Positions 20,280 through 29,645 of a stretch of 64,000 bases of DNA are shown here, one piece after another. Both the position numbers and the translations under genes were made by a program. The stretch's first letter is position 1. Every line of letters begins with the position of its first letter. The notes below the pieces were generated by a model. The model made no database searches, was not told where the DNA came from, and saw nothing but the letters and a program-made list of their open reading frames with translations. The DNA is from an uncultured archaeon (GTDB lineage: Archaea > Asgardarchaeota > Lokiarchaeia > Sigyniarchaeales > SOKP01), in the NCBI GenBank assembly GCA_964632315.1, contig CAZWEM010000010.1, positions 1-64,000 on the forward strand, in the 5' to 3' direction.

Positions 20280-21722
20280 ATGATTATAGATCCACATTTT
20301 ATTCGAGATCACATAGATCAATTTAGTAAGAAAGAAGCATCTAAAATTTTGAAAGAATGGATTGAAAATTCCAACGATCAAGATTTAAGGAAAGAAGCTG
20401 TAGAATTGTTTTATTCTCTTGACGATGGTTCAAATTTTGAGTTATATGAACATTTATTCATTTCAGAAGAAACTAAAGAAATTCGAGATTTAGCTGGAAA
20501 AATTCTTAATCAAAATTATGCCCATCATGAAAATTTTTTATCATTATTAGAATATACCCTCAGAAATATTGAGAATATTGATCAAAAATTTTTTGTTTTA
20601 GATATTTTAAATTCTATACATTCTAAAAATGCTATTGCAATTATCAGAAGCTATGTTAAAAGTTTTTTTAAAATGAGTGAGTTGGCTAAGAAAGAAAATC
20701 TAATTGAACTTTTTGATAAATCAATAACCAATATGCAAGTAAATCCAAAGTTTTTGGAAAAAATTTTCAATATAGTCTTACATAAGTTTTATACTAAATA
20801 CTGTATGTTTCATGTAGCGATTAGAAATAATTACGTTATTTTACTTAATTGTGAAGGAGCGGGTATTAAACGGGTAAATCAAATTCAAGGTCTAAATAGG
20901 TTAACCCATCTTGAAAGTTTAATTTTGAAACGTAATAATCTGGATAAGATCGAAATTACTGAAAACTTAATTAATTTGAAGATTTTGGATCTTTCTGCCA
21001 ACAAGTTTTCAAAAATTGAGCATTTAGATTCGCTGAAATCGCTGATTGAATTAAATTTAGAAGGAAATAATATTAATGAGATTAATTCACCTTTAAATTT
21101 GCCAAACTTAGAAAGATTATTTCTTAACTCTAATAATTTAAGCGAAATTAAGAATCTTGAAAATTTGAAAAATCTAAAATTGTTGAATTTAAATCAAAAT
21201 AAGATCAAGAAGATAACCAATCTGGAAAAATTAATAAATTTAAACCATTTAAATCTCTCATCCAATACAATTGAAAAGATAGAAGGATTGACGAAAGCTC
21301 CAAACCTTCTTACCTTGTACTTAAATAATAATCGCATTAAGAAGATCGAAGGTCTGAATTTTGTGATTCATTTAAAAGTTTTGAATTTGTCGAACAATTC
21401 TATTGAAAGATTAGAAAATCTTGATAAACTTAGTAATCTCATAAAATTAGAAATTTCTAATAATAAAATCAAAAAAATTGAAGGTTTAAACTCATTGATA
21501 CATTTACAAGAACTATTTTTAGACAGAAATTATATCGAAAAATTTGAGGGCTTAAAAGATTTAGAAAGCTTAATTATTTTATTCTTGGATAATAATTACA
21601 TCAGAGAATTTGCCATTGATCAAATTCAAAATTTAGGAAATTTAAATTTTATATTTTTGAATGAAAATCCTCTTTCACCAGAAAGCCTTAAAGCATATCA
21701 GAAGAAATGTAGATTTCCCTAA
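20280..21722 (+). CDS. Leucine-rich repeat protein (SDS22-like repeats) with helical N-terminus
   Basis: About 12 tandem 22-aa LxxLxLxxNxIxxIEGL repeats. Confidence 0.92.
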   Translation: MIIDPHFIRDHIDQFSKKEASKILKEWIENSNDQDLRKEAVELFYSLDDGSNFELYEHLFISEETKEIRDLAGKILNQNYAHHENFLSLLEYTLRNIENIDQKFFVLDILNSIHSKNAIAIIRSYVKSFFKMSELAKKENLIELFDKSITNMQVNPKFLEKIFNIVLHKFYTKYCMFHVAIRNNYVILLNCEGAGIKRVNQIQGLNRLTHLESLILKRNNLDKIEITENLINLKILDLSANKFSKIEHLDSLKSLIELNLEGNNINEINSPLNLPNLERLFLNSNNLSEIKNLENLKNLKLLNLNQNKIKKITNLEKLINLNHLNLSSNTIEKIEGLTKAPNLLTLYLNNNRIKKIEGLNFVIHLKVLNLSNNSIERLENLDKLSNLIKLEISNNKIKKIEGLNSLIHLQELFLDRNYIEKFEGLKDLESLIILFLDNNYIREFAIDQIQNLGNLNFIFLNENPLSPESLKAYQKKCRFP

Positions 21723-21737
21723 ACACGTATCTGAATT

Positions 21738-22310
21738 TTAAAGATTAAGATTTTGTTGCAAATAATCATCTATCCATAAATCCATCAAAATTTCATCGTA
21801 GTATTTTGAATCCATGTAAAACTGTTTATTTCTCCTTCCGATCACTTTGAATCCGACTTTTCTATAGAGATGAAGGGCTCGTTTATTGTTTGAAAAACAA
21901 CTCAATATGAGTTTTTGCTTTTTATTTAATCGTTTTGACTCTTTTATAGCCAAATCAATCAATAGAAAGCCTAATCCTTGATCCCTGTATTTTTTTTTAA
22001 CAATTATTCCCAAACTTCCAACATGTGCTGCAGCATCCCATTCTAAGTTTGAAATTTCAACTTGCCCAACAATTGCGTCTGATCCAGACCTCTTATGACG
22101 TTTGGCGATGAGACATATTTCTTTTTCTCGTTTTAAGACGTCATACCAAGACTGTTTTTCGAATTGAGATCTTACTGGAAAGAAAACTGGTAAGTATACC
22201 CCCTCCTCTATAACTTCATTGAAATTATTCCAAACACCATCAATATCACTTTCTTTTATATGGCGTATGAAAATTCTTTCCCCATTTTTCAGTTGGAATT
22301 GATTTAACAT
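21738..22310 (-). CDS. GNAT family N-acetyltransferase
   Basis: YRDQGLG acetyl-CoA motif, NKRALHLYRKVGF; ATG at 22310 preferred because it avoids overlap with the divergent gene. Confidence 0.88.
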   Translation of the reverse strand: MLNQFQLKNGERIFIRHIKESDIDGVWNNFNEVIEEGVYLPVFFPVRSQFEKQSWYDVLKREKEICLIAKRHKRSGSDAIVGQVEISNLEWDAAAHVGSLGIIVKKKYRDQGLGFLLIDLAIKESKRLNKKQKLILSCFSNNKRALHLYRKVGFKVIGRRNKQFYMDSKYYDEILMDLWIDDYLQQNLNL

Positions 22311-22355
22311 TAATTGAATATACCTTTTTATTTTTAAATTCCTTATGGTAATATT

Positions 22356-22817
22356 ATGGAGAATGAAAAAAATCAAGATCCTTTAAAAAAGAAAGAAGAA
22401 GAGAAAGAAAAGATTAGGGATTACATCGAACAGATGGTTAAATCCCGAAAAGCCCCAGTTGCAAAGGATTTAGTCGAGTTAAAACACGTTGAGGTTAAGA
22501 AACAAGAAGTTAGTCAAGACACATTAGATCTGGCGAAAACTCTGCGTGAAAGGTATATTGAACATGATCAATTTGAGATTCTTTCCAATGATGAAATAAC
22601 AATTCTCCAATCATTTATGGGTAAAAGGATGTTTTTAACTCGAATTGCTATAGTAGCAAATCAAAGTCGGGTACCCTTAGGTATTGAACCTTTTAAAAAA
22701 GCAGAATTAGAAAAAATTCTTGAAAAATTGATATCAAAAGGTTACATTAAAACTGAACAAGTTGGAGATAATTTAGTATACTTTCTCACTGAAAGGGGAG
22801 AAAATAGGGTTCAATAA
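22356..22817 (+). CDS. Hypothetical protein with C-terminal winged-helix-like domain
   Basis: LEKLISKGYI...YFLTERG wHTH-like pattern. Confidence 0.7.
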   Translation: MENEKNQDPLKKKEEEKEKIRDYIEQMVKSRKAPVAKDLVELKHVEVKKQEVSQDTLDLAKTLRERYIEHDQFEILSNDEITILQSFMGKRMFLTRIAIVANQSRVPLGIEPFKKAELEKILEKLISKGYIKTEQVGDNLVYFLTERGENRVQ

Positions 22818-22888
22818 ATTAGTAATTATTTCATACTAATTTAATTATTTTAATTGAATAGGGTAAATAAATAGTAAGAATAATCAGA

Positions 22889-23191
22889 TTAATCTTTTTT
22901 TAAAATAAACTTGCTGATTGGTATATCTTGAAATTCACCATTTGGCATCTCACGCCTAATAGTTAAGGGTAAAATTTGTGATTTTAATTCTTGTAATGCA
23001 ATTTTAATTGGATCAATCATATTTTTAGGTTTTTCGATTAAAATTGGAGCCCCAAAACTTATCTGAAGAGCACGAGCACCAACAATACGTGCTTTTTCAT
23101 ATCGAGTTAAAAAGATAGGCCCAATTTTAACATACTTTTTAACTTCTTTATATTTTTTTCTCAGTTCACGAGATTCTAAAAAGGAAGACAT
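22889..23191 (-). CDS. rpoK: RNA polymerase subunit K (Rpo6)
   Basis: [24 protein letters not shown]; start placed at the second Met. Confidence 0.95.
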   Translation of the reverse strand: MSSFLESRELRKKYKEVKKYVKIGPIFLTRYEKARIVGARALQISFGAPILIEKPKNMIDPIKIALQELKSQILPLTIRREMPNGEFQDIPISKFILKKD

Positions 23192-23359
23192 AATACGATT
23201 CCAAAAAAAGTAACTACCCATCCTAATTAATCTTAAAATAAAACTTTTTTGGTTATATTCGTGGTTCTTTAAAGACTTATAGAAAAGTTAAACCGAAAGA
23301 ATAAAGTACAAAATTTTATATTGAATATCGTGTATAACTAGCAAAAGAGGTTTCAAAAT

Positions 23360-23461
23360 GCGCGAGTGGTTTAGTGGTATAACGACACGCTCACACCGTG
23401 TAGGTCGAGGGTTCAAACTTATTGAAAAAGCTTCAATCTGGAACAATTCCCTCCTTGCGCA
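23360..23461 (+). tRNA. tRNA-Val(CAC) with a 30-nt intron at position 58/59 (T-loop); CCA not encoded
   Basis: Acceptor GCGCGAG/CTTGCGC+A, D-arm GTTT..TAAC, anticodon arm ACACG-CTCACAC-CGTGT, T-stem GAGGG/CCCTC; T-loop TTCAATT restored on removing 23417-23446. Confidence 0.93.
23417..23446 (+). other. BHB tRNA intron at a non-canonical position
   Basis: Central helix GTTC/GAAC, bulges AA^A and AA^T, internal stem ATTGAA/TTCAAT. Confidence 0.9.
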
Positions 23462-23612
23462 TTTCTTACCTCATCTCGAGCTTTAATTTCGGATAACCTT
23501 GAATTAATTTTATTAAAAAGTTATTAAATTTATTTAAGAGATCCTATAGACTCTTCATCTTTATTACATCGACAAAATAGAATATCATAGAAAATCACAT
23601 ATTCATAAAGAT

Positions 23613-25919
23613 TTGGTGATAATTTTATCAGAAAAAAGTGATTTTTTAGCCCATCCTCTTTTAAAAGAGAATAAAGTGATACGTCGAGCGTATCAAGAGA
23701 ATATATTCATTAATTGTTTAAAAAAAAATTGCATGGTGGTTATTCCTACTGGATTAGGAAAAACCATCCTAGCTTTAATGTTAAGCGTGTATCGTCTTTC
23801 AGAATATGAGAATTCAAAAGTAATCTTTTTAGCACCTACTAAACCATTAGTAGATCAACATCATGAATCATTTTTAGAATTAACTAAAATACCTAAAGAA
23901 GAAATGAGTGCTATCACTGGTGCAATATCTCCTGAAGACCGCATTAAAATATGGGACGATTTAAGAATTGTTTTTATGACTCCACAAGTCTTACAGAATG
24001 ACTTGATAACTCAAAGATATTCGATTAGCGATGTTTGTTTATTAATATTTGATGAGTGTCATCGGGCAACAGGGGAATATGCTTATTGTTTTATTGCTCA
24101 AAGATATATGGCTCTTTCTAAATATCCTCAAATATTAGCTTTAACTGCTTCTCCTGGATCTACAGAAGAGAAAATTAATGATATAAAGCAAAATTTGTAT
24201 ATTAACCATACAGAAGTCAGGACAGATTCTGATCGGGATGTAAAACCTTATATCCAAGATGTTGAGACAACTTGGATAAAAATTAAGTTGCCTGAGGAAT
24301 TCTTAGAGATAAAAAAAATATTAATTAAAAAATTTAAATTGACACTCCAATTCCTTAAACAAGCAAGTTTACTAAATAGCTCTGATGTAAATAAAGTTAG
24401 CAGAAAAGATTTAATTAAACTTAACAAGGTGATAAATAGTAATATTAACAATACAAATGATGAAAGGGAATTATCCCAACTATTTATTGCTAAGAAATAT
24501 CATGCTAATGCGATACGGCTATCACATATGGATGAATTAATTGAAACGCAGGGAATACACGCTTTAAAAGATTATATAGAGAAAAATAAACTGAAAATTA
24601 AAAAGAATACTGCAAATAAGTCCCTTAAGGAATTATTTAGGGATTTTGAATTTAAAAAGCTAATGCGACTAGTAGACGAAATTCACTCTACTGGTTTAGT
24701 ACATCCCAAACTGGAAAGATTAAAAGAAATCATACATAAACAGATGAAAGACAATCCCGAATCAAGGATTCTCGTGTTTTGCCATTATAGGGATTCAGTA
24801 AACAACATTGTTCGCTTTCTAAAGGAAGATTCATTAATAAAAGTTCACAAGTTTGTGGGGCAACAAACAAAAAGCTCTGATAAAGGATTAACCCAAAAAC
24901 AACAAATCCAATTGTTAAATGATTTTAAAGAAGGAACCTACAACACATTAATAGGTACGAGTGTTGCTGAGGAAGGATTAGACATTGCAGAATGTGATAT
25001 GGTAATTTTTTATGATGTAGTTCCAAGTGCAATTCGTTCAATACAGAGAAGAGGACGTACTGGTAGAAAAAGAGAAGGTAAAGTAATAATTTTAATAGCA
25101 GAAGGAACACGTGATGAAGGTTATTACTGGGCAGAAAGGAGAAAGGAACAAAACATGAAAAAAAGCTTGAATAATTTGAAAAATAATGATTCTAGAGAAC
25201 AATCGAGTCTATTAGAATATTTAGGGAATTCTAAGAAAAAAAATAAGGAAAATGAGAACTACCAAGATACTTCAGAATTGACTATTTTATGTGATAATAG
25301 AGAAACTGCTTCACCTGTAGTACGAATTCTCTCAACTTTAGGGATTAATATTATACTCAAACAATTGCCAGTGTCTGATTATGTAATCTCCAAATATATA
25401 GGAATAGAGCGAAAATCGGCGCAAGATTTCACGGATTCTATAAAGGATGGAAGAATATTTAATGAATTGATTAATCTTAAGGAGAATTTTGAAAACGCTA
25501 TTTTAATTTTGGAAGGAGATACCTTCTTAAACTCAAATTTAAGTGAAAATGCTCTCTATGGCACAATTAGTTCTATTATAGTAAAATTTGGAATAATGAT
25601 ATATCAAACCAAAAATTCCAAAGAAACTGCAAAATTCTTGTTTCATTTGACCAAAAAAGCCCAAACGGCATCATCTAGTCAAATCAAATTAAGATTTGAT
25701 AAAAAACCAAAAGAAGTTAAAGATTTATTGGAATATGTTATTGCTGGTCTGCCGGGGATAAATTCTCAGAGGGCAAAGAATCTACTTGAAAGATTCAAGA
25801 CTCTTCAAGAAATTTTCAATGCAACTATAGAAGATCTTATGAGTGTGGATAATATTGGAGAAAAAATTGCTCATGATATATATAAATGGAGTAGAACACA
25901 TTATAAAGAAGATTTTTGA
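23613..25919 (+). CDS. hef: Hef (FANCM-like SF2 helicase fused to ERCC4/XPF nuclease)
   Basis: PTGLGKT, DECH, TASPG, QRRGRTGR, ERKS nuclease motif, HhH tail. Confidence 0.95.
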   Translation: MVIILSEKSDFLAHPLLKENKVIRRAYQENIFINCLKKNCMVVIPTGLGKTILALMLSVYRLSEYENSKVIFLAPTKPLVDQHHESFLELTKIPKEEMSAITGAISPEDRIKIWDDLRIVFMTPQVLQNDLITQRYSISDVCLLIFDECHRATGEYAYCFIAQRYMALSKYPQILALTASPGSTEEKINDIKQNLYINHTEVRTDSDRDVKPYIQDVETTWIKIKLPEEFLEIKKILIKKFKLTLQFLKQASLLNSSDVNKVSRKDLIKLNKVINSNINNTNDERELSQLFIAKKYHANAIRLSHMDELIETQGIHALKDYIEKNKLKIKKNTANKSLKELFRDFEFKKLMRLVDEIHSTGLVHPKLERLKEIIHKQMKDNPESRILVFCHYRDSVNNIVRFLKEDSLIKVHKFVGQQTKSSDKGLTQKQQIQLLNDFKEGTYNTLIGTSVAEEGLDIAECDMVIFYDVVPSAIRSIQRRGRTGRKREGKVIILIAEGTRDEGYYWAERRKEQNMKKSLNNLKNNDSREQSSLLEYLGNSKKKNKENENYQDTSELTILCDNRETASPVVRILSTLGINIILKQLPVSDYVISKYIGIERKSAQDFTDSIKDGRIFNELINLKENFENAILILEGDTFLNSNLSENALYGTISSIIVKFGIMIYQTKNSKETAKFLFHLTKKAQTASSSQIKLRFDKKPKEVKDLLEYVIAGLPGINSQRAKNLLERFKTLQEIFNATIEDLMSVDNIGEKIAHDIYKWSRTHYKEDF

Positions 25920-26030
25920 AAGATAAAGTGCCATCAAAAATAAAAAAAATCACTGAACAAAAGATTTTAACCATAAATTTTTTTATTATATTATAATTAA
26001 ATTGAGTTTGAAATTTTCTGGTGACCAAAC

Positions 26031-26653
26031 ATAATAAAATTTAAAGTTGTAGTCGCCGGTGCTAAAAATTAATCCCGAATCTATCGGATATTGAGCAAGA
26101 CGTAGGGAAAACCTCCCTAATTAGGCGCTACGCAACAGGAAAGTTTGATAAGTCAACTTTGTCTACGATAGGTGTCGATTTTGAAACTAAAAAGGTAATT
26201 GTGGATGACATAGAGATCCTACTAAACATATGGGATTTTGCTGGTGAAAAAAAATTTAGATTATTATTACCTTCTTATGTTTCTGGGGCATCTGGGGCTT
26301 TAATTCTATATGACATCACAAATCGAGAGTCATTAAATGATCTTCACGATTGGATAAAAGTTATAACTTCGGTTCCAAACAGTCCCAAAACTAAAATCTT
26401 GGTTGAAGCAAAAATTGATTTAGAAGAACAAAGAGAAGTAAGTACGGAAGATGCTAAAATGTTTTTTGAAAAATACGGTTTTAAAGGAGATATAATTGGA
26501 ACGTCTTCAAAAACGGGTAAAAACGTTGAAACTGTTTTTGAAATGCTTGGACGTGAAATTTTGGAAAGTTCACTTAAAAAATGCCCTAACTGTGGTAAAT
26601 TATATCCCTTGGAATTAAAATTTTGCCAATATTGTGGACAAAAAACAAAATAA
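26031..26653 (+). CDS. Rab-like small GTPase with C-terminal zinc ribbon; intron-split, exons ~26031-26066 and 26099-26653 (start uncertain)
   Basis: Spliced product KFKVVVAGAK|DVGKTSLIRRYATGKF..STIGVDF..WDFAGE..AKID..TSSKTG..CPNC..CQYC; the ORF track start at 26159 lacks the P-loop. Confidence 0.85.
26067..26098 (+). other. Putative BHB-type intron (32 nt) in the GTPase P-loop
   Basis: Contains an in-frame TAA and shifts frame; relaxed central helix GCTA/GAGC, bulges AA^A and AA^G, internal hairpin; excision gives GAKDVGKT. Confidence 0.8.
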
Positions 26654-26708
26654 AAATATTTTTGATTTTTATAATTAAAATAACAATTATTACGTGGGGT
26701 AATTAATA

Positions 26709-27773
26709 ATGGATCATAGATTGGGCGAAGATATTGATGAGATAATTCGTAGATTATCGAAAGAGCAGATAAATTTTAAAGGAAAAGTAATTCTAATTAC
26801 TGGTGGCAATGGTTTTTTAGGTTCTTGGGTATGCGATGTATTAGTAAAGCAAGGTGCAAATTGCATTTGTATTGATAATCTCTCTTCAGGTAGATTTAGA
26901 AACATTGCTCATCTTCTTGATGAACCGAATTTTCGATTTATCAATCATGATATTGCAAAACCTATTTATTTTGGATTAACTCATCATCCAAACGGCATAT
27001 GTGTTGGAGATATTAAAAAAATTGATATTATTATGCACATGGCAAGTCGGGCTTCACCCTTCGAATTTAAAAGATATCCAATACCAATTTTAAAGAGCAA
27101 CACTTTAGGAACTATGAACGCTTTAGGGATAGCTAAAGCACATAACGCCTTATTCTTTTATACAAGTACATCCGAAGTATATGGAAATCCTCCAGATAGT
27201 GCTGTACCTACTTCTGAATCATACTTTGGATATGTTAATCCTGTTGGGCCTAGGAGTTGTTATGATGAATCAAAACGTGCTGGAGAGGCATTTGTTAAAG
27301 CATATGAACTTCAACATGGAATTAAGACGAAAATCGTGAGGATTTTTAACACCTCAGGTCCAAGAATCAGATATGGTCCAGAATACGGACGAGTGGTTCC
27401 AAATTTCATACATCAAGCTCTAAACGATGATGATATTACTGTTTTTGGTGATGGTTCTCAAACTAGGTCTTTCACTTATGTCACAGACGAAGTTGAGGGT
27501 ATTTTAAAAATAGTTCATAAGGATGAAGCTTTAGGGGAAGTAATAAATCTTGGTAACAACAAGGAGTATACCATTTTAGAATTAGCTAATCTTATCAAAG
27601 AATTGACTAATTCAAATTCCAAAATAGTTTTTAAACCATTACCAATTGATGATCCAGTTCGAAGATGTCCAGATATTGGTAAAGCTAAAACATTATTGAA
27701 TTGGGAACCTAGGACATCTTTAAAAACAGCATTAGAAAAGACCATAGCTTGGTTTAAAAAAAATGAAGAGTAA
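26709..27773 (+). CDS. UDP-glucuronate decarboxylase-like extended SDR
   Basis: TGGNGFLGS, STSEVYG, GPRSCYDESKR, GDGSQTRSF. Confidence 0.92.
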   Translation: MDHRLGEDIDEIIRRLSKEQINFKGKVILITGGNGFLGSWVCDVLVKQGANCICIDNLSSGRFRNIAHLLDEPNFRFINHDIAKPIYFGLTHHPNGICVGDIKKIDIIMHMASRASPFEFKRYPIPILKSNTLGTMNALGIAKAHNALFFYTSTSEVYGNPPDSAVPTSESYFGYVNPVGPRSCYDESKRAGEAFVKAYELQHGIKTKIVRIFNTSGPRIRYGPEYGRVVPNFIHQALNDDDITVFGDGSQTRSFTYVTDEVEGILKIVHKDEALGEVINLGNNKEYTILELANLIKELTNSNSKIVFKPLPIDDPVRRCPDIGKAKTLLNWEPRTSLKTALEKTIAWFKKNEE

Positions 27774-28272
27774 GGAGCCAGAGGAAGCAAATCTAAAATC
27801 TAAATTAGATTTTCAAAAATTTATTACGTTATTATTGATTTTTGGCTTAATTATTGTTTCTAGTTTTATAATATATAATATAGTTAAGCCAAAATCAGGA
27901 TATATTACATTTGGAATATTAGATTCGGAAAAAAGTGCACAATTCCAAAAAGAGTGTTTGGTTGGAGAAAATGTCTCTTTATATGTTTTTATTGGAAATC
28001 ACCTTAATCGAGAAATGAATTTCAGATTAGAGATCCTCAAAGGTGATAATAATACTTATTTAGCGTTAAATCAGCCTACAAACGGGTCTTCTTTTCTCAA
28101 TATAACTTCTCACATCTTGAATGGTTTGGATTGGATATCAAGTTTAATCGACGTTTCATTTACAGAGCCAGGTATCAATAAATTAATCATAGCTGAATTG
28201 TGGTTAATTAAAGCAGATTCCACTGAATACTTTTATAATTCTCTCTATCAAAGGTTAAATGTGACTCTTTAA
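27763..28272 (+). CDS. Membrane-anchored protein, DUF1616-like
   Basis: Single N-terminal TM, FGILDSEK..GENV..IGNH pattern, beta-rich C-terminal domain. Confidence 0.6.
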   Translation: MKSKEPEEANLKSKLDFQKFITLLLIFGLIIVSSFIIYNIVKPKSGYITFGILDSEKSAQFQKECLVGENVSLYVFIGNHLNREMNFRLEILKGDNNTYLALNQPTNGSSFLNITSHILNGLDWISSLIDVSFTEPGINKLIIAELWLIKADSTEYFYNSLYQRLNVTL

Positions 28273-29645
28273 GATTTGCTACCTATTATTTGAACATCTT
28301 CTATTCTTACGAAGGGTGCTCGAAATGGTCCATATTGTTGATTTTCCTTTGATATCATTTCTATTTTAGAAAATAAATCTAATAAATTAATACCGATCAT
28401 AGTCTCGTTTAATGCAGACTCTAATTTTCCATTCTGGATTAGGTTTCCATGTAAAATGAGTCCAGAAAAATCACCCGTTGAAATGTTCGGTCTGTCTCCA
28501 GTATAATCCAGTAAAATCCCTTTATCAACACTTTTAATGATTTCCTCTTTTTTAGTTGAACCTGAATTTAAAATGAAATTTGATATACCAATCCCAGGAA
28601 TTGATGCAAAAGAATGCCTAGACGCATTACCAGTACTTTCAATCCCTTCTTTATTAGCAGTATAACTATTATGCAATAATCCAGATTTTAAAAAACTTCC
28701 ATTTTTAATTATTTTTTTGTCATGACATGGCACACCTTCTGCATCAAAAGGCGCTGAACCTACTTCTCCATCAAGTAAAGCATTATCTTCGATGTTAAAA
28801 TCCTTTGAGCCAATTTTAGTCTCTTGTAGTCCAACAAGAAAGGTTCGTTTATGTTGGAAAGCTTCTGCGTTAATTGCAGATGCTAATGGTTTTAATATCA
28901 AGCTTATAACACCGTTTGGCGTCAAGATCACCGGACATCGCATATTCTTAATTTCAATTCGATTCAAATTTTGTTTTGCCCTGTTTAAAGCAGTATTAAT
29001 GATTTTTGTTGGATTTATACGATTTAGAAATCTACTACTTTGATAATCAAATCCAAATGATGTTTCTTTACTTATTTTATCCTTTACAATAACATTAGAA
29101 GAAAGGGAGCATGTTGTTTCCTTGCCACCTACTTCTATACCATTTGAATTAAAAATATAATGATGTGTTAAATTAGTTGAAAAGTTACCCGATTGAGAAA
29201 TAGCTAACTCATCTTCATCACATATTTTGATTAAATCACTAAAATAATTTGCAGATTCTTCAACTGATAAGTTCTCTATTTCAGAATCATACAAATCATT
29301 GACTTTGGGATATGAACTATGTGGAAATGGGAGATTAACAAAATCTGGATCCTCTGTTCCAGCTTTCATCATTTTAAAAGCATCTTTGATGATACGCTCT
29401 ATATTAGACCAATCCAATCGATTTGTAAAAGAAAATCCAACCGACCCATTTTTTCCAATAATTCTTACAGAGATTCCTTCGGCGCTTCCAATTTCACTAT
29501 GCTTGATAGAATTCTCATCAATTTCTATATTGAGGTATTCTCTAAGTTCAAAATAAAATTCAGTTGAAATAAGAGTTGAATCATAACGTTTTAAGTAATT
29601 ATAACATTTACTTGATAACTCAAAAACTTGGGAGGGATCTTTCAT
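28269..29645 (-). CDS. pmbA: TldE/PmbA family protein
   Basis: FDAEGVP, STGNASR, TGDFS; lacks HExxxH; paired with tldD. Confidence 0.9.
   Translation of the reverse strand: MKDPSQVFELSSKCYNYLKRYDSTLISTEFYFELREYLNIEIDENSIKHSEIGSAEGISVRIIGKNGSVGFSFTNRLDWSNIERIIKDAFKMMKAGTEDPDFVNLPFPHSSYPKVNDLYDSEIENLSVEESANYFSDLIKICDEDELAISQSGNFSTNLTHHYIFNSNGIEVGGKETTCSLSSNVIVKDKISKETSFGFDYQSSRFLNRINPTKIINTALNRAKQNLNRIEIKNMRCPVILTPNGVISLILKPLASAINAEAFQHKRTFLVGLQETKIGSKDFNIEDNALLDGEVGSAPFDAEGVPCHDKKIIKNGSFLKSGLLHNSYTANKEGIESTGNASRHSFASIPGIGISNFILNSGSTKKEEIIKSVDKGILLDYTGDRPNISTGDFSGLILHGNLIQNGKLESALNETMIGINLLDLFSKIEMISKENQQYGPFRAPFVRIEDVQIIGSKS

Noticed and set aside
20860-21680. Periodic DNA in the LRR gene as a repeat array or CRISPR
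   Set aside because: Explained by 22-aa leucine-rich repeats; no identical repeats with spacers.
26970-27010. Hairpin TTTGGAT..ATCCAAA within an apparent insertion in the UDP-glucuronate decarboxylase, as a possible intron
   Set aside because: The ORF is uninterrupted, the stem is a simple continuous hairpin, and no BHB register removes the whole insertion.
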